A DNA stretch of 64,000 nucleotides. Source: Felis catus. Lineage: Eukaryota. A program made the position numbers and the translations under genes. The stretch is from NCBI RefSeq assembly GCF_018350175.1, contig NC_058368.1, positions 57,724,001 to 57,788,000 of the forward strand, given 5' to 3'. Below the pieces are notes generated by a model. That model was not told the DNA's origin. It did no database searches and worked only from the letters and a program-made list of their open reading frames with translations. Positions 14,486 to 28,130 of this stretch are shown in pieces (the stretch's first letter is position 1; the number at the start of each line of letters is the position of its first letter).

Positions 14486-15425
14486 TCTATCTAATGACTT
14501 TTGTAAATAATTTCTGCTTGTTAATTTGTCTCAAAAATGAGAATCAGACTCAGTATATTTAATATTTTAGAGCTCCTATGAGAAATAAAATTGCAGATTA
14601 GAAAAAAAGTTCCACTTTTTTGGCTTTTTTTCCTGTACCTTAACCATCTATTACTTCCCTAAGATCTTTGGGAGCATATCTGTCTTCCAGACCCTCTACT
14701 ATGAATCCTGCCCCATGTGAGGGCCTTCTTCCAACATTTCAAGGCTCAAATGAAGCCTCAAGTTGCAAAAAGAGCAGGAAAATCCAACCCAGAAAAATCA
14801 GTTAACTCCCTATGGACATACTTTGAGTCAATGACATATGGGATATGGAAGAAACCAGAAAAGGACTTTCCAAAAAAAAAAAAAATCCTCCTTTTTCTCT
14901 TCAATAAAATCCTCCAGCCATGACTTTTTTTTCTATGATTTCTCCAGAGATACCACAAATGGCTAAGTGACTGGTTGACTCTTCATGAGCTATAGCCAGC
15001 TTCATAATGTATGACTTGGCTGGGGAAGATAAACTCTAAAACATGGAATAATAGTAAAGTCTATGAGTGCTACCACAGAAGTTCAGGAGGATTAGGGACA
15101 CATACTATTCCTAGTTTAGCTCCTAACCTAGTACAAGGAAATTAAGGTAGGCTTCTGTGAAGAGACAGGTTTTTTAAAAGTGAGACTTGACTGTTATGTA
15201 AGAATTGTCTTGGATGAATAGAGGTCCTTTGGAGAGGAATCACATTTGAGAATCCCCAGAAGCAAAAGTGGGTAAGGTAGGATGATAGGTAGACAATGTG
15301 AGAAAGGGACAGAGAGGAGGGAGAGGGGGCGGGGAAGAAGAAGAACATGAGGGACTCTGAAGGAAGTTTAGGTCTCATTTTGTGTTAAATAGCCAAACTA
15401 TCCTAACATAAAACAATAACACACT

Positions 15426-15658
15426 TTTATTTTTTTTAATTTTTAATGTTTATTTACTTTTGAGAGAAGAGAGAAATATAGAGTATAAGCAGGGGAGGGG
15501 CAGAGAGAGAGAGAGGGAGGGAGACACAGAATCCAAAGCAGGCTCCAGGCTCCGAGCTGTCAGCACAGAGCCCAATGCAGGGCTTGAACTCACGAACTGG
15601 GAGATTATGACCTGAGCCAAAGTCAGATGCTTCACCAACTGAGTCACCCAGGAGCCCC
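15426..15658 (-). mobile_element. Can-SINE
   Basis: Typical body. Degenerate TSD acaataacacacttt/acaacaacatacttt. Confidence 0.9.
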
Positions 15659-16971
15659 ACAACAACATACTTTTAACTGTTTGTCTTGGGACTGCTACTT
15701 TAACTTAAGACTCATATGAACTTTTAGCATGCTAGCAATTAAGACGTACTTTATTCCCTTTTTGGAGCTTGCCCTAGATGATCTATCCATTTTCTTTTTA
15801 TTTCTCTTTTGTTTATATCCCTAGGCTTAACTAAGAAATTATGCCTCATTTTTTAAACACATTTCCTTTGCCATGAAGCAAATCTCTGAAGGGATATACT
15901 TTGTGCATTATAGTTAATCATTTTTATAATAGATACCACTTTATGTTATGCATATTAAAATGCATCACAACTTTAAAATGGCAATCATGTAGAAAATCTT
16001 GCCACATAGACATTTGTATCTCATTTACTTTGTTCAGTTTTCATGGTGCCCTTCCAAAGCAAGGCTCCTAGAAATAGATGATTTGTTTTATTGCCCTCAG
16101 TTGGAAGTTTTAACACAGTATCAAGAACAGGACCTAAAGATACATCTATAGTAAATTATGAGTGCATATGAACTTTTTTTGCCTAAGTATTTAAAAGTAT
16201 TGAAAAAAATTAGTACAAATTATTTAACTTGCTTTTGCTAACTATGTTAGTGTCTATAAATAAAACAATGAAATTTAAATCTCCTATTCCAATACTCAAT
16301 TCTCTTACAATCAGTGCAGTCATATAATATTCCATTTACTAATTGTATATGGCCTAAGATGTAAAGTAGGCATTAAAATTATAATCCTATTAACATATGG
16401 TCACTAAGCATATTTATGGTTAAACTGTGAAACTAAGTCATTGATTTGTTTTTTGGGTTGTTATTTTACATTTAAAAAGAGTTAAAACTTTATATATTAA
16501 TAAGACAAGTATGGCTAACAAAAGTATGAATAGTATTTTAAACTGACTACTGTACATATTTGAGATTATCCTCTGCCCTAAAATAATTGTAATGGTACTC
16601 ATCAACTCTGCCTTAAAACATCTCACACAATCCTCTGAACATAAGGAAGGATGCCTCTAAATAGATATCTGTTCAATGCAACTGGTCTGAAAAGTGATAC
16701 TGCTTTTGAAACTTACAAATCATCGTTTATTCCTAGATATGATTAGCCATGCACTGCTTTCAGTTATATTAGAAGCTAAAGGAAGAAAAGAAATTTAGCA
16801 GTCAGGAGACAACCACAGTTTCATACAAAAGAGTTTACTCTGAACAAAGACAGACATTATATAATCAAGGATGAAATTCCTAACCTGACCCAAACCCACT
16901 GTTTTTATGGCACAAGGATCTGAAGGTGAGCAACCGACAAATGCTATTGTTATTTAGAATGGAAGTACTAT

Positions 16972-17180
16972 GGGTGCCTGGGTGGCTCAGTGGGTTAAGC
17001 ATCATGGGTGGTCATGATCTCACAGTTTGTGAGTTTGAGCCCTGAGTCAGGCTCTATGCTGACAGCTCAGAGCCTGGAGCCTGCTTTGGGTTCTGTTTCT
17101 CCCTCTCTGCCCCTTGCCTGCTCACACTCTGTCCATCTCTCTCCCTCTCTCTCTCTCAAAAATAAACATTAAAAAATTTT
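16972..17180 (+). mobile_element. Can-SINE
   Basis: gggtgcctgggtggctcagt head, CT repeat, aataaa tail. TSD gaagtact/gaagtatt. Confidence 0.9.
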
Positions 17181-17653
17181 AGAAGTATTCAAGGTCTTTA
17201 CTCTTTCCCCACATGATCTCATGTCGACTGTTAAAGGATATAGGCAGAACAGGAACAACCAAGTTATAATTTTACAAAGGAGATATAAAAATCACACAAT
17301 TAGGAATAATGAAGAAGGATAGGAATTTAGTGGTCTTCTAATCCAAATCGCTCATTGTGACAATGGGTAAACAGAAGCTAGATACGTGAACTTATATGAA
17401 TGTGATGAAAACACTCCTTGGATTCAATATACTCTATTATTGGTTTGCTTTTATTCTCATTTCTAGTTTTGAATTTCCTTCTGTTACTAAAAAATCATCT
17501 TCCTCTCCTTCCCAAAAGTGTTTTGTTGAAGAATCCAGCCTAAAATAATTGGCACACAAAATGCAACAACCCCAGAATGATGTTTATTTTCCCCTTAGTT
17601 TTCTTTGGGCATGAGCTATGAACACAATCTCAAGATAAAAAGATTTGCGGCTA

Positions 17654-17872
17654 GGGGCACCTGGGTGGCGCAGTCGGTTAAGCGTCCGACTTCAGCCAGG
17701 TCAAGATCTCTCGGTCTTTGAGTTCGAGCCCCGCGTCAGGCTCTGGGCTGATGGCTCGGAGCCTGGAGCCTGTTTCCGATTCTGTGTCTCCCTCTCTCTC
17801 TGCCCCTCCCCCGTTCATGCTCTGTCTCTCTCTGTCCCCAAAATAAATAAACGTTGAAAAAAAATTTTTTTT
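17654..17872 (+). mobile_element. Young feline Can-SINE
   Basis: A box TGGCGCAGTCGG, B box GAGTTCGAGCC, CpGs largely intact. Perfect TSD aaaaagatttgcggcta (17637-17653 / 17873-17889). Confidence 0.97.
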
Positions 17873-17893
17873 AAAAAGATTTGCGGCTAATAC

Positions 17894-18097
17894 TTTTACT
17901 TTATTTATTTATTTGGGGAGGGGAGAGAGAATGAATATGCGTGATGCATGAAGGGGCAGAGAGAAAATCTTAAGCAGGCTCCAAGCTCAGCATGGAGCCT
18001 GTCATGAGGTTTGATCTCATGATCTCATGATTGTGAGATCTTGATCTGAGCCAAAATCAAGTCAGATGCTTAACTGACTGAGCCACCCAGGCACCCC
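17894..18097 (-). mobile_element. Older Can-SINE, tail-to-tail with the preceding SINE
   Basis: Ends ...ctgagccacccaggcacccc. Confidence 0.85.
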
Positions 18098-19609
18098 AAA
18101 GGCACTCCATTTTATATGCTGTGTATGCCTGCATGAAATACATGTGTTAGGTTTTGTTCCAAAATAAGACTGCCTGTTGAATCTTCAATTTAATAAACTA
18201 ATGTTTCTGAAGTAAAATATTTTAAGCTCTTCTGTGAACTTAAAAAAATCAAGTAATGATTACTTGTTAAAAGGAAATACAAGTCTTGCATACAAAAAGT
18301 AGTCCAGAATTTATCTTTTTGGCTTCTATGTGTGCATTTTTTACATGATATAGAGGTTAAGACTTTTTATTATAGAATCACGGATATAGTGGGTAAATTT
18401 GGTCAAAACTTAAAGTTTCTATCTTTATATAGTAATGATTCTTAAGTGGCTGAGTCAAGAAGAAAGGGAATCAGTATGTAAACCACTTTTAAGAATCTCT
18501 GTATATAGAAGAAAAGATACAGTAATTTTTAAATCTCTCAGTAGTAATGCAAAATCTTCTATGATTATTGCAATTTACAGATAGTTATATAAATTGATAT
18601 GTTAATGAATACAAGTTCATAATTTTGATGTTAACATACAATTTTCACACGAAGTGACAAATACCGACTTTGCAAAGATGCTCTCCCCAAATTATACAGA
18701 TTCTAATTGGAAAACAAAATTAAATCCAACTTCTCTTTTTGCATGCATTGTTCTTTTCAGCACATTTGTTGCCTCATTACACCTCATCTACTTTACAAAG
18801 AAATGAACAATCTGAGTATTTTTTTAGTATGTCACAGGGGTTTTTTTCATATTAGCACAAAGTAGAGTTTTGAGTACAACAAAAGACAGAGCTAAATAAC
18901 ACTTGGATGTATCAATGACTAATACTCTTTGGCAATAATTGGAATATTCTCTTAGCCATTCAAGCCAGAAGTTGCAAATAATTCTTTATTCTCACTGTTT
19001 GTACTCAAGCTTTTCCCTTCAATTATAGCACCAACATCAATTCAATCAGTTCCCACCACCTTTCAATTTACGTTGCTTTAATTTCACTCACATTGCTTCT
19101 CTATATCACTCTTAGAACATCAGCCTCTGCAGTTGAAATTCACACCAGGATAAGTATCAAAATGTATAACCAAGTGAAATATGTTACAGATGCCTTGTTA
19201 GGGTGATGTTTATCCTGTTAGTTAAGTATGCATCCTATTAAGTTGAATGAGCTTCCCATTAGCTTTAATGTGTTCAGATGTATCCTGATATGATAAATAC
19301 CACCTGTGCCTTGAATAAAAAAAACACAAAAGTAGGGAAAAGTGAAACCTTCATTTGTCCTTGGTTGGAAGACCTTTAAGGTATGGAGGATATGAGAGAT
19401 TGTTAGAAACAAGGATATAGTCTATGAAGTCTAGCTGCTGTATCATAAAATTAGTAAATCGTGGAATCATGCTGTCTTATCCTAAACAGTTTGTCAATGA
19501 TGAAACTAACATGTAAATCAACAAAGAGAATCCCTCCAAGTCTGTAACAAGCTTCAAATGTGTATCTTTCGGGCCAATTTTTCTCCCTTTTGTGAGCCCT
19601 CCTCCACAG

Positions 19610-20300
19610 CTAATAATTAAGATTATAGTAATTGTATATACAATGATAAGACATGGTGTCTACTTCGAGGAATACAGAAATGAATGGAGAGTATACAAAA
19701 ACAAGCACATTGCAATGTGACCTGTACTGTTACCTATATGCTAAGATATTTAACTGTGGATAAATGATCTGACATTTTGTGTAAGACCACAGAATAAGAA
19801 ACCATTGAAAACATGGAAAGGTTGATTCCTTATCACCAACATAACAACCATTATTACTTTACTAACAACAAAATGCAGGGTTAGTGAAATAGGCTAGGAG
19901 GATGTAAAAAAATATATGCTAAAGTAAATCCAGTATCAAAGGTGTGGTCTATTCAAGGACAACAGAAGAGTTCAGTGTGCCTTGAGCTTGGGTATGTGAA
20001 GGGAAAAAAAAGAGATGAAAAGCTAGAATAAGATGCTGAAAGCATATATTGCCATTGGTAGTAGAATATCACAAACAGTTATGCATATGAAAAGTACAAC
20101 AGTGTCACTGAAAAAGAGAATTTAGATATGCATAATTAGTGAAAGCTAGTAAAAGGTCTCCAGTAATATGAGGTGGAGTGTAAGGATGGAGAAAAGTGAA
20201 TTGATATGATAGTTTTTGGAATAATTGTTAATATTGTGATACTTAAGACAGGTGAGAAAATATTATACAGTTCAATAGGTTTAAAACTTGTTTTAAGTTA
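19610..20300 (-). mobile_element. L2-like remnants
   Basis: Purine-rich motifs typical of antisense L2 (aaggacaacagaagagttcagtgtg...ggagaaaagtgaattgat). Highly degraded. Confidence 0.4.
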
Positions 20301-20577
20301 TAACTTTGATAGAGTCAATGTATAAAGTGGAATTTAGGGAAATAATTATAATTTTTGGAAATACAGTTGAAAATGTCAGAGTGCAAGAGAGAGCATGCAA
20401 ACAGTTTGGGAATGCATTAAAGATAAGAATATGAGACTATGAATATAAATATATAAAATATACCCATGAGCTAGAGGGGTATAATAGAAGATATAAAGCC
20501 AAAAGAAAAACATATCTAAGAACTGGTGGGGGCAAGAAGAAGAAGAAGGGGGCAAGTGGGGAGCAAGAGGAGTACTA

Positions 20578-21320
20578 ATTTTTTCAAACATTTTATTGTG
20601 CAATAATATTAAATTTGGAGAAAAGTCACAAGGATGTTACAGATAATTTTCCATATTTTGTTCACCCAACTTCTCCTAATATGGACATTTCATGTAACTG
20701 AATTAGTTCCCTATAACTTTAGTAACAAATTACCACAAAATAAGTGTCTTAAACCAACACAAATTTATCAACTTACAGTTATGGAGGTCAGAAGCCTAAA
20801 ATGGATCTCAAGGTGCCAGCAATGTTTCTATCCTTTCTGGAGTCCCTAGGAGATCCATCTTCTTGCCTTGTCCAGCTTTTGGCATCCTCCTGTATTCCTT
20901 GATTTGTGGTTACCCTCCACTTTCAAAGACAGCAATAGCCAGCAGCATCTTTCTTACATTACATAATTCTGATACTGGCTCCTCTGTCTTCCCTTTCCAC
21001 ATTTAAGGATCCTGAGATTACACTGGGTCCACCTGGGTCCGCCAGGTTACTCCAGGCCACTCCCTCTAATTTAAAGTCATTTTATTTGCAAACCCCAATG
21101 CCACCTGCTACCTCATTCCCCTTATGCCATATAACATCACATATTCACAGGTATCAGAGATAAGAATGTAGACTTCTGGGAGGGTGGAGAGTATTATTAT
21201 GCCCACCAATATAACTATGTGATCCTTGTCAAAGCTAAGAAGCTAATACAGCCGTATTCCTCTTAACTAGGATCCACGATTTATTTACATTTCACCAGTG
21301 TTTCCACTATTGTTCTACAG
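20578..21320 (-). mobile_element. Old L1MC-like 3' fragment interrupted by a MaLR LTR
   Basis: Flanks of the LTR continue as L1MC-like 3'UTR (gaaaagtcacaaggat...; atttatttacatttcaccagtgtttccact). Confidence 0.45.
20697..21208 (-). mobile_element. MLT1-type (MaLR) solo LTR
   Basis: gtaacaaattaccacaaa...cttaaaccaacacaaatttat...ttacagttatggaggtcagaag motif. Confidence 0.8.
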
Positions 21321-21689
21321 CGCTATTTTTATGTATAATAGGTAAGCCAGAGTCATAACCTGCTCAAATGTCTAGTTTGAAATTTTATGCAAAATGAATC
21401 CCAAGTCATAGGCATAGCTAGCTATTCACAATTCTCTTTTCCCACAGAGCATCCTCAAATGCTGTATCCCAGCCACACCAAGGCTCATGATGTCCTGGGA
21501 ACACACACACAAAAAGCTACAGATATTCCCCTATTTTAAGATATAATGATTTTGAATAATGAGTTAACTTGAAATTTTCTTTTTACTGGTCGACCTTTCT
21601 TTGCCAAATAGGGGCCACGTCTCACAATTTCCCTCTTCCACCCTCATAGATTACTGTTTTTTTGGATAACTCAAAAGTTGCCTGACACA

Positions 21690-22430
21690 TCTTCCTATTG
21701 CTATTATTTCCCATAACAATTTATATTCCACATAATAGCTCAGGATGCCTTCTTAAAATATTATGTTGCTGTAACCCCCAATGGCTTCCTTTCATAGAAT
21801 AAAATTTCACCTCCCTATTCTGAACTAAATGGCGGGACATGATCTAGCTTACCTCAACTCCTATCTTCCACTATCATTTTTCTGATTTGTTCTGTTCCTC
21901 AAGTTTACCAAGCACATTTTCCCCTCATTATTTCTACCGAATCTTCTCTTTTTAAAATTCGTCAATATGTGTAGGCTTGCAATGTTATTCCTTTCATATG
22001 TCTGTTCAAAAGTCACCTTTTTTATAAGGTGATCTAAAAGAGATAAAAATAAGTCCTATAAACATACCAGTCTTTTCTCTCTTCTTCATTTCCTTGATAT
22101 AGTATCATTAGCACTACCTGAATATTAGCTTTAAATATTAGAATAATTACAGTTAAAACTAATTGCACACAATGAATATAATAGTTAATATTTCCAATTA
22201 TTATTTGCATGGTTCCTAGGTGCCACACATTGTTCTAAGCATTTTAAATAATTTGCTTGCTTCCAACAACTCTCTGAGCTAGACAGCATAATTATCTTTA
22301 TTTTACAGTTGAGGAAATGAGGCACAAGGGAGGAGGTAAATTGCCTGAGGCTACATGACCATTTAGAGGCAAAATGGGGCATCCAGCCTTACTGGGCTGC
22401 TTCTGAATCACATGATGCCCACCAATGTGT
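21690..22430. mobile_element. L2 (+) remnant followed by MIR (-)
   Basis: cccccaatggcttcct...agaataaaat (L2), and attttacagttgaggaaatgaggcac (MIR core, ~22300). Confidence 0.55.
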
Positions 22431-22781
22431 CATGCTGTCTCTTATGCAGAAATGAAAAAAAATACTTTAATAACTTTTTCAAAAACATATTTAAAATAAG
22501 TTCTATCTTTAGCCATTTCTACCAGAAGATGTAGGTCAGTGAAATTTAGGACATTTCTAAGTTCTATCCTCGGTCGGTCTTTTTAACTGAAGCCTCTACT
22601 TTATCCAATTACTTTTACCCAATTCAGGTTCCTTTTATTTACTCTCTTCATTAATGTATATGTAAAGTAGTTTCTCATATGTCCTCTTATATCTAATTTT
22701 TATGTTCAATACAGGCAATCTGTCTTTGCTCCATGGCTTTAGTCTTTCTCTTAAGCCTGACACACGAACCAAATACACTGC

Positions 22782-22972
22782 TTTTTTTTTTTTTTGATGT
22801 TTATATATTTCTGATGGAGAGAAAGAGAGAGAGAGGTGCAGAGTGAGAGGGAGATGCAAAATCCAAAGTAGGCTCCAGGCTCTGCGCTGTCAGCACAGAG
22901 CCCGATAAGGGGCCCAAACCCAAGAACCACAAGACCATCCAAAGTTGGTCACTCAGCCAACTCAGCCACTCA
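22782..22972 (-). mobile_element. Can-SINE
   Basis: Poly(T), GA-rich region, ggctccaggctctgcgctgtcagcacagagccc. Confidence 0.88.
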
Positions 22973-24903
22973 CTACTTTCATTTTATATCTCTTCATGCT
23001 TCCATTAACCAAATCCTCCCCAACTGAAAGGAATGTTCTGTAGATCCCATGGCACTAAATAGTTGAACAGTGGGGTAGCCGGAAATCCAGGAGCCTGTAT
23101 CAAGACATTCTCACATATATGGGTCAACACCTGTTCTGAAATATCTGCTGCCTTTTGAAATTTCAAAAGTGAGTTAAGACACACACCAGTAACAGCAGTC
23201 CATTTTTTAATATAACAAAAATATGTATTTTGTATTACCTGCCAATATAAACACAGGAAATCCTATTAATATAAGCAATTGTTTTCTCTACAATGCCCTG
23301 GTGAGTTCCTTGAGGCCCTTTCTGCACTTTGGTGCATATCTGGGAGAGCAGGCTCACACAAGATAGTCTTTGCTAAATTGAAGCATCAAGTTACTAAAGT
23401 ACCACCAATTTATGACTAGTCTCATCTCCTTTAGCAGTTACATTTATACCTAGATTTAAAATATCTTCCTGATAATATATCCCCCATGATGGCTCATGAC
23501 AGAAAACAACTATAACCTTATAAACAGACTCTGGTAACTCATACAGTTTCCATTCTCTGATTATTATTTCTGAAGTAATTAAACCTCAGGCATCAATCTA
23601 ATTAATTTATTTTTAAAAATCCCAAAAGAGCATTTATTTTCTTTAGGATAGGCAGAAAAAATAATTCAATTCAGTTTGCTGAATGAATGTGTCGGCAGAA
23701 ATGATGGTTAATGCAACGATCTGTCTTATAACTTTATAAAAAGTAAATTGCAGACTACTTTGGGAGGATATTTAAAAACCTATGTGTGATTTAGAAAAAA
23801 AAATCTAATGCAGGTTACAGTTTAAAAAGACCTATTTTAATTTTTCTCAAAGGAAATAATTATTTTCACTCAGGCCTACAGTACATTGTGGTTATTGGCT
23901 TGAATTTATCCTCTTAGTGACAAGATAATTTCTTTTACTCATTAAACTGGAGTGTTCTTAGCACTTAATATCCAAGCTCATAATTCCTGTAAGCATTCTG
24001 TTTCAATAATATTAGATTTTTTGACAGCATGAGACAGGCCCTTCTAATGTAACATCAAAATACATTACATAGCATGTGGTTCACTTTAAAAAGGTCTTTT
24101 ATATTTGGAAGACACCTTACCTTCTGATGTAACAAAATGGATCACAATATTACTATAAAATATCTCTAATAAGAAATATATTCATTTACACTTAGAAGAA
24201 ATCTGTGACATTTTCCCCAAAATTGCCTTTATGTGGCCAGCTGTATTCAAGTACATTTTCACTAAGATTCACTATGGCAGTTCACCAAGGCTTCTATAAA
24301 TAAATGATGGGGAAAAATCATCACAAAACCACTCTAGCATCTGAGTTGGCCAGATAATATCTCAACAAAAATATGGCTCAGACAAAGTATCTTTGCCATT
24401 CCTGTTATGTATCTGTACCCCTTCCCCTTATAGAATCCACATCGGTCCTCAGTGTGCTCCTGTCTGGCTGATTTCCTTTGTGTTGATGAGGAGAAATGAT
24501 TAGTCCATTTTATCCTTCTTTTCAAGTCTGAATATAAAAATACAAATAAAACTGGAGAGGAAAGTTTCATGGCATTGCTAAAAGAAGCGGGGGCATCCAT
24601 GTAGTGAAACTTTTGAGCAATTTCTCCTGATGTCAGTTTACTGATATAGCTTAGCTACAACTAAATTAAAGGATGAATCAATGGACCCACCACTGCCCAT
24701 AATTAAAAACAGATTTGCTTTGGAGTTGGGTGAAAGACACCCATTCCAATATACCTTCACTAGCCCAGTTGCAAATCCAAAGATCAAGTATCAGCATCAA
24801 GGGTATAGAATTTACCATCATCTTGGAAATTGTTCCCGGATTACATTTGACTCTGCTACCCATAACTAAACGAAGGACTAGGTACAAGATACCTAGTTGC
24901 GTC

Positions 24904-24993
24904 ATGAAAACAGTGAGGATACTGTCCTAGTTAATTCTCAGCTACCATATGAAAACAGTGAGGATACTGTCCTAGTCAATTCTCAGCTACCAT
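24904..24993. repeat. 45-bp tandem duplication (2 copies, 1 mismatch)
   Basis: atgaaaacagtgaggatactgtcctagt(t/c)aattctcagctaccat at 24904-24948 and 24949-24993. Confidence 0.97.
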
Positions 24994-25264
24994 ACCAAAC
25001 ATGATGACAAGTTAAAACGTGATGACATGATAAAAGTTCTTGAGATGATCAAGCCAATTTATTTTTCTGTGACTGAATCTTATTAGTATTTTGACACTGT
25101 ATTTAAACTGGACCAATCTTACTTATTCAGGTAAACAAATAATTTTGAGAAAATTTTACTCAGTTGAGACTTATGCTTTTCTCATTCTCTTCCTTTGGTT
25201 GAATGTAAGGAACAAAGGTTTACATCAAGGCTTTGAGAAATGAGAGAATAGTATGTAGACAAGT

Positions 25265-25410
25265 ACTCCTCAAACATCAATGTATATTTAAAACACCTGG
25301 GATTGGTACAAAGCAAATTCTTATTCAGTAGGTCTGGGATGGGACCTGAGATTTTGAATTTCTAAAAAAGCCAGCTGCAAATGACTAGTGGGGAGGACCA
25401 GGCTTTGACT
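25265..25410. mobile_element. MER5-like hAT remnant
   Basis: attcttattcagtaggtctgggatgggacctgagattttgaatttctaa. Confidence 0.65.
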
Positions 25411-25554
25411 AGCAAAAGACTGGATTGAATTCTCAGTCATATATCCAACTATGGTGCCTGGAGATGTTTTGCTACATTTTACTTGCAAATTTAGCAATCT
25501 GTCCCTATTGAATAATTTGTATTCCTACTAGTTCTCTACTTGTAGAGTCTAGAT

Positions 25555-25677
25555 AGAGTAATCATATATCTTGGTTTCCTTGGAACAGTATATGCCTGTT
25601 GAAATGGCTTAATTACTAATAGTACTGTTGTATTCTATAGCACTCCAGTTTCTGGATAAAATGTATTGTCATCCTAA
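25555..25677. mobile_element. Possible MER81/hAT-Blackjack-like miniature element
   Basis: Degenerate inverted ends tagagtaatcata ... tattgtcatccta. Confidence 0.35.
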
Positions 25678-26559
25678 GTCTAGGCTACTTTTTGTTACAG
25701 AGTCCCCTCATTACAACCTTACAACTGCTGTAGAATAACCAATTCCTCTCTTCAAAGTGATTCTGTTCCCTCTTCAGTATTTCTGGAAAGTTCAGCCACT
25801 TGACTAAGCCACAGTGATACTGACTGAATTCTCTCTCAGCTTTCCAGTGGGAAAAGAGGTACAGTTTAATGGTAAGCCTGCCATTGGGGTGGGTGGAGAG
25901 GAAGCAGAGCTACTTCACAAAAACCCTGACCATTTCTTGATTTACTTTTTAATATATATTTTAGATCTCTTACATTATCAAGTCTATTAGTGACATGACA
26001 GGGTGATAGAATAAAAATTCTCATCAATTATATTTAGAAAATTATGTCTTACCTAGAATTGGAGTTTGAACTTCAAAGGACAAGAATCCTTCCCTCTATT
26101 TATTTGGTTCCTGAAAACTTGTTGGAGGCAGCATCATATCATGTAACCCAATGGGAGAGCAGAAATCTAAATATGATATATATTAAATGGGATTCAACTC
26201 CTCAAGCTTCAGGACCCATTTCTTGTTGCGGCTGATTATAGCTCTGTTGTTCACCCAGTTTCCTAAATGTTTCTGGAATTCTCAAATAGAAATAGAAATA
26301 TATATCAATGTTTAGTAGCATCTATATGACCTAAAGGTTTTTAATGTGGAACCCCAACATTAGTGATTTAGATCAAATCAACTCTTGGTACATAACAAAA
26401 ATAAAATTTCTTTTGAGAGTGAATAAAGGCAGGAAAAGCAACAGATACATGCACAAGCGCCAATTTTTAAAAAGAAATGGTCAGGAATCAGACCACTTTT
26501 TAAAAACATAAATAGTTGTACCAATTAGTAATATATTTGGATTAAAATTTAAGGTTAAA

Positions 26560-28130
26560 ATATTTCATATAAAATTAGGCAATCATAAATCATATAGTAT
26601 CTGAACTCAAGATAGAGCACACAGAGATGAAAAATATCAATGCTGAATTAAAATCAGAAAAGAGCCAGGGGTGTGGGCTAAATGGGTGATGGGCATTAAG
26701 GAGGGCACTTTTCAGGATGAGCACTGGGTGTTATATATAAGGGATGAATCACTGGGTTCTACTCCTGAAGCCAAGACTACATTGTGTTTAACTAACTTGA
26801 ATATAAATAAATTTAAAAAATCGGAAAAGAGTCAATGGTTTAGATGTTTCAAAATTAGAATCAGTAAAGGAGATGAAAATATCCAGAATTTATAGACATG
26901 TATAAAGATATAAAATGAAAAATGAAAGAAAAAGTGATGAAAAGTAGACATCAGTATAAACATAAAAGGAATTTCAGAATTTGAAAGCAGGAGATATTGG
27001 AATATAAACAATGATCAAAGATATAACAAAAAGGAAGTCAAACATTCTTAAGCTGAAGAACTTTGAATAAGCACATGTGTAAAGGCTCATCAAGTATTAC
27101 GAAAAAATAAGTTAACAACATTCCTAAACACATTTTGGTGCAAAGTTTGAATTTTAATCATAAGAAAAAAATCTGTAGTACTAAGTAGAAAAAAATCTAT
27201 ATATACTAAAAATCGTTTGGACTCAGAAATCAACTTTAAAATATTTAAGCAAAGAAAACAATGAAGCAACATTTATGGAGTTTTGGGAGAAAATTTCTGT
27301 AAATTACTATTTCCAAACTAAGACAATCACCTGCAAGACACAGCACAAGATATTGCCAGAAATGTAAGCACTAGAAGACGAAGCACTTCTGGAAAAAGAA
27401 ATACAATTTGCAGTTGATACAGTTGTGTGCACGCAAACTCTAAGGAAATAAATTGAAGATTTGGGAAAACAAAGTATAATTATCCCGGCTGTGAAGACAT
27501 TTAGAAGTTATTAAATTATTAATTTGTAAGTGAAACTAAAACTAAAAAGTATGCAATAGAAACAAGAGTATAAATAGCTAAAAAAGCATTTAGTAAGCAA
27601 TAAGCAGGATTCATACTAAGGGAATAATGCCATTTTTTTTAAGGAATAAATATTTGAAAAAGAAAAGAATGATACAGATGAAGATCTTTTATTTTTTTAG
27701 ATCACTTAAGAAGTTAAATAAAATTCCTAGACCTTCCCACTTAATTTTGAAAATAGTAATAAATATTATTTAAACTTTGTATATAAAAAAGAATTAGACT
27801 GTTTTTTAGAAAAATGACTAATAAAGAAAGTATATAAAGGAGGTATGTTAAATAAAATTAATATTGATGAAGGAATTATACACAGATGGATTAGAATAAA
27901 AAGACAAAGATATTAAAGAATTTTGTTTTCCATAAGAGTAACATTTAAAGCTATGGATATTGGAAAAATTATTAAAATGTTGACCTGAAGAAAAATGGTT
28001 TAATTATTTTTTAAAAGTTGTGATTTTATTTCAAATAATTTGCAACTTAATATTAAATTGTTTAAAGACACAAAAGTAAAACTAGGGGAAAATGAAGAAA
28101 ATGACTATCTGATATTAGGAAAGAAAATAT
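26560..28130 (+). mobile_element. Very old L1M remnant (continues at 34150-34290)
   Basis: Strongly A-biased + strand. Late-ORF2-like motifs are collinear on both sides of the young L1. Confidence 0.5.
26668..26816 (+). mobile_element. Severely 5'-truncated L1 3'UTR insertion
   Basis: L1 3'UTR plus aataaa. 18-bp TSD aaaatcagaaaagagcca/aaaatcggaaaagagtca. Confidence 0.9.

Noticed and set aside
17645..17857. Repeated ORF '[16 protein letters not shown]...' (also 57197-57397)
   Set aside because: Translation of Can-SINE sequence, not a gene.
24904..24993. Direct repeats as a possible CRISPR-like array
   Set aside because: Only two abutting copies with no spacers, in a mammalian genome.
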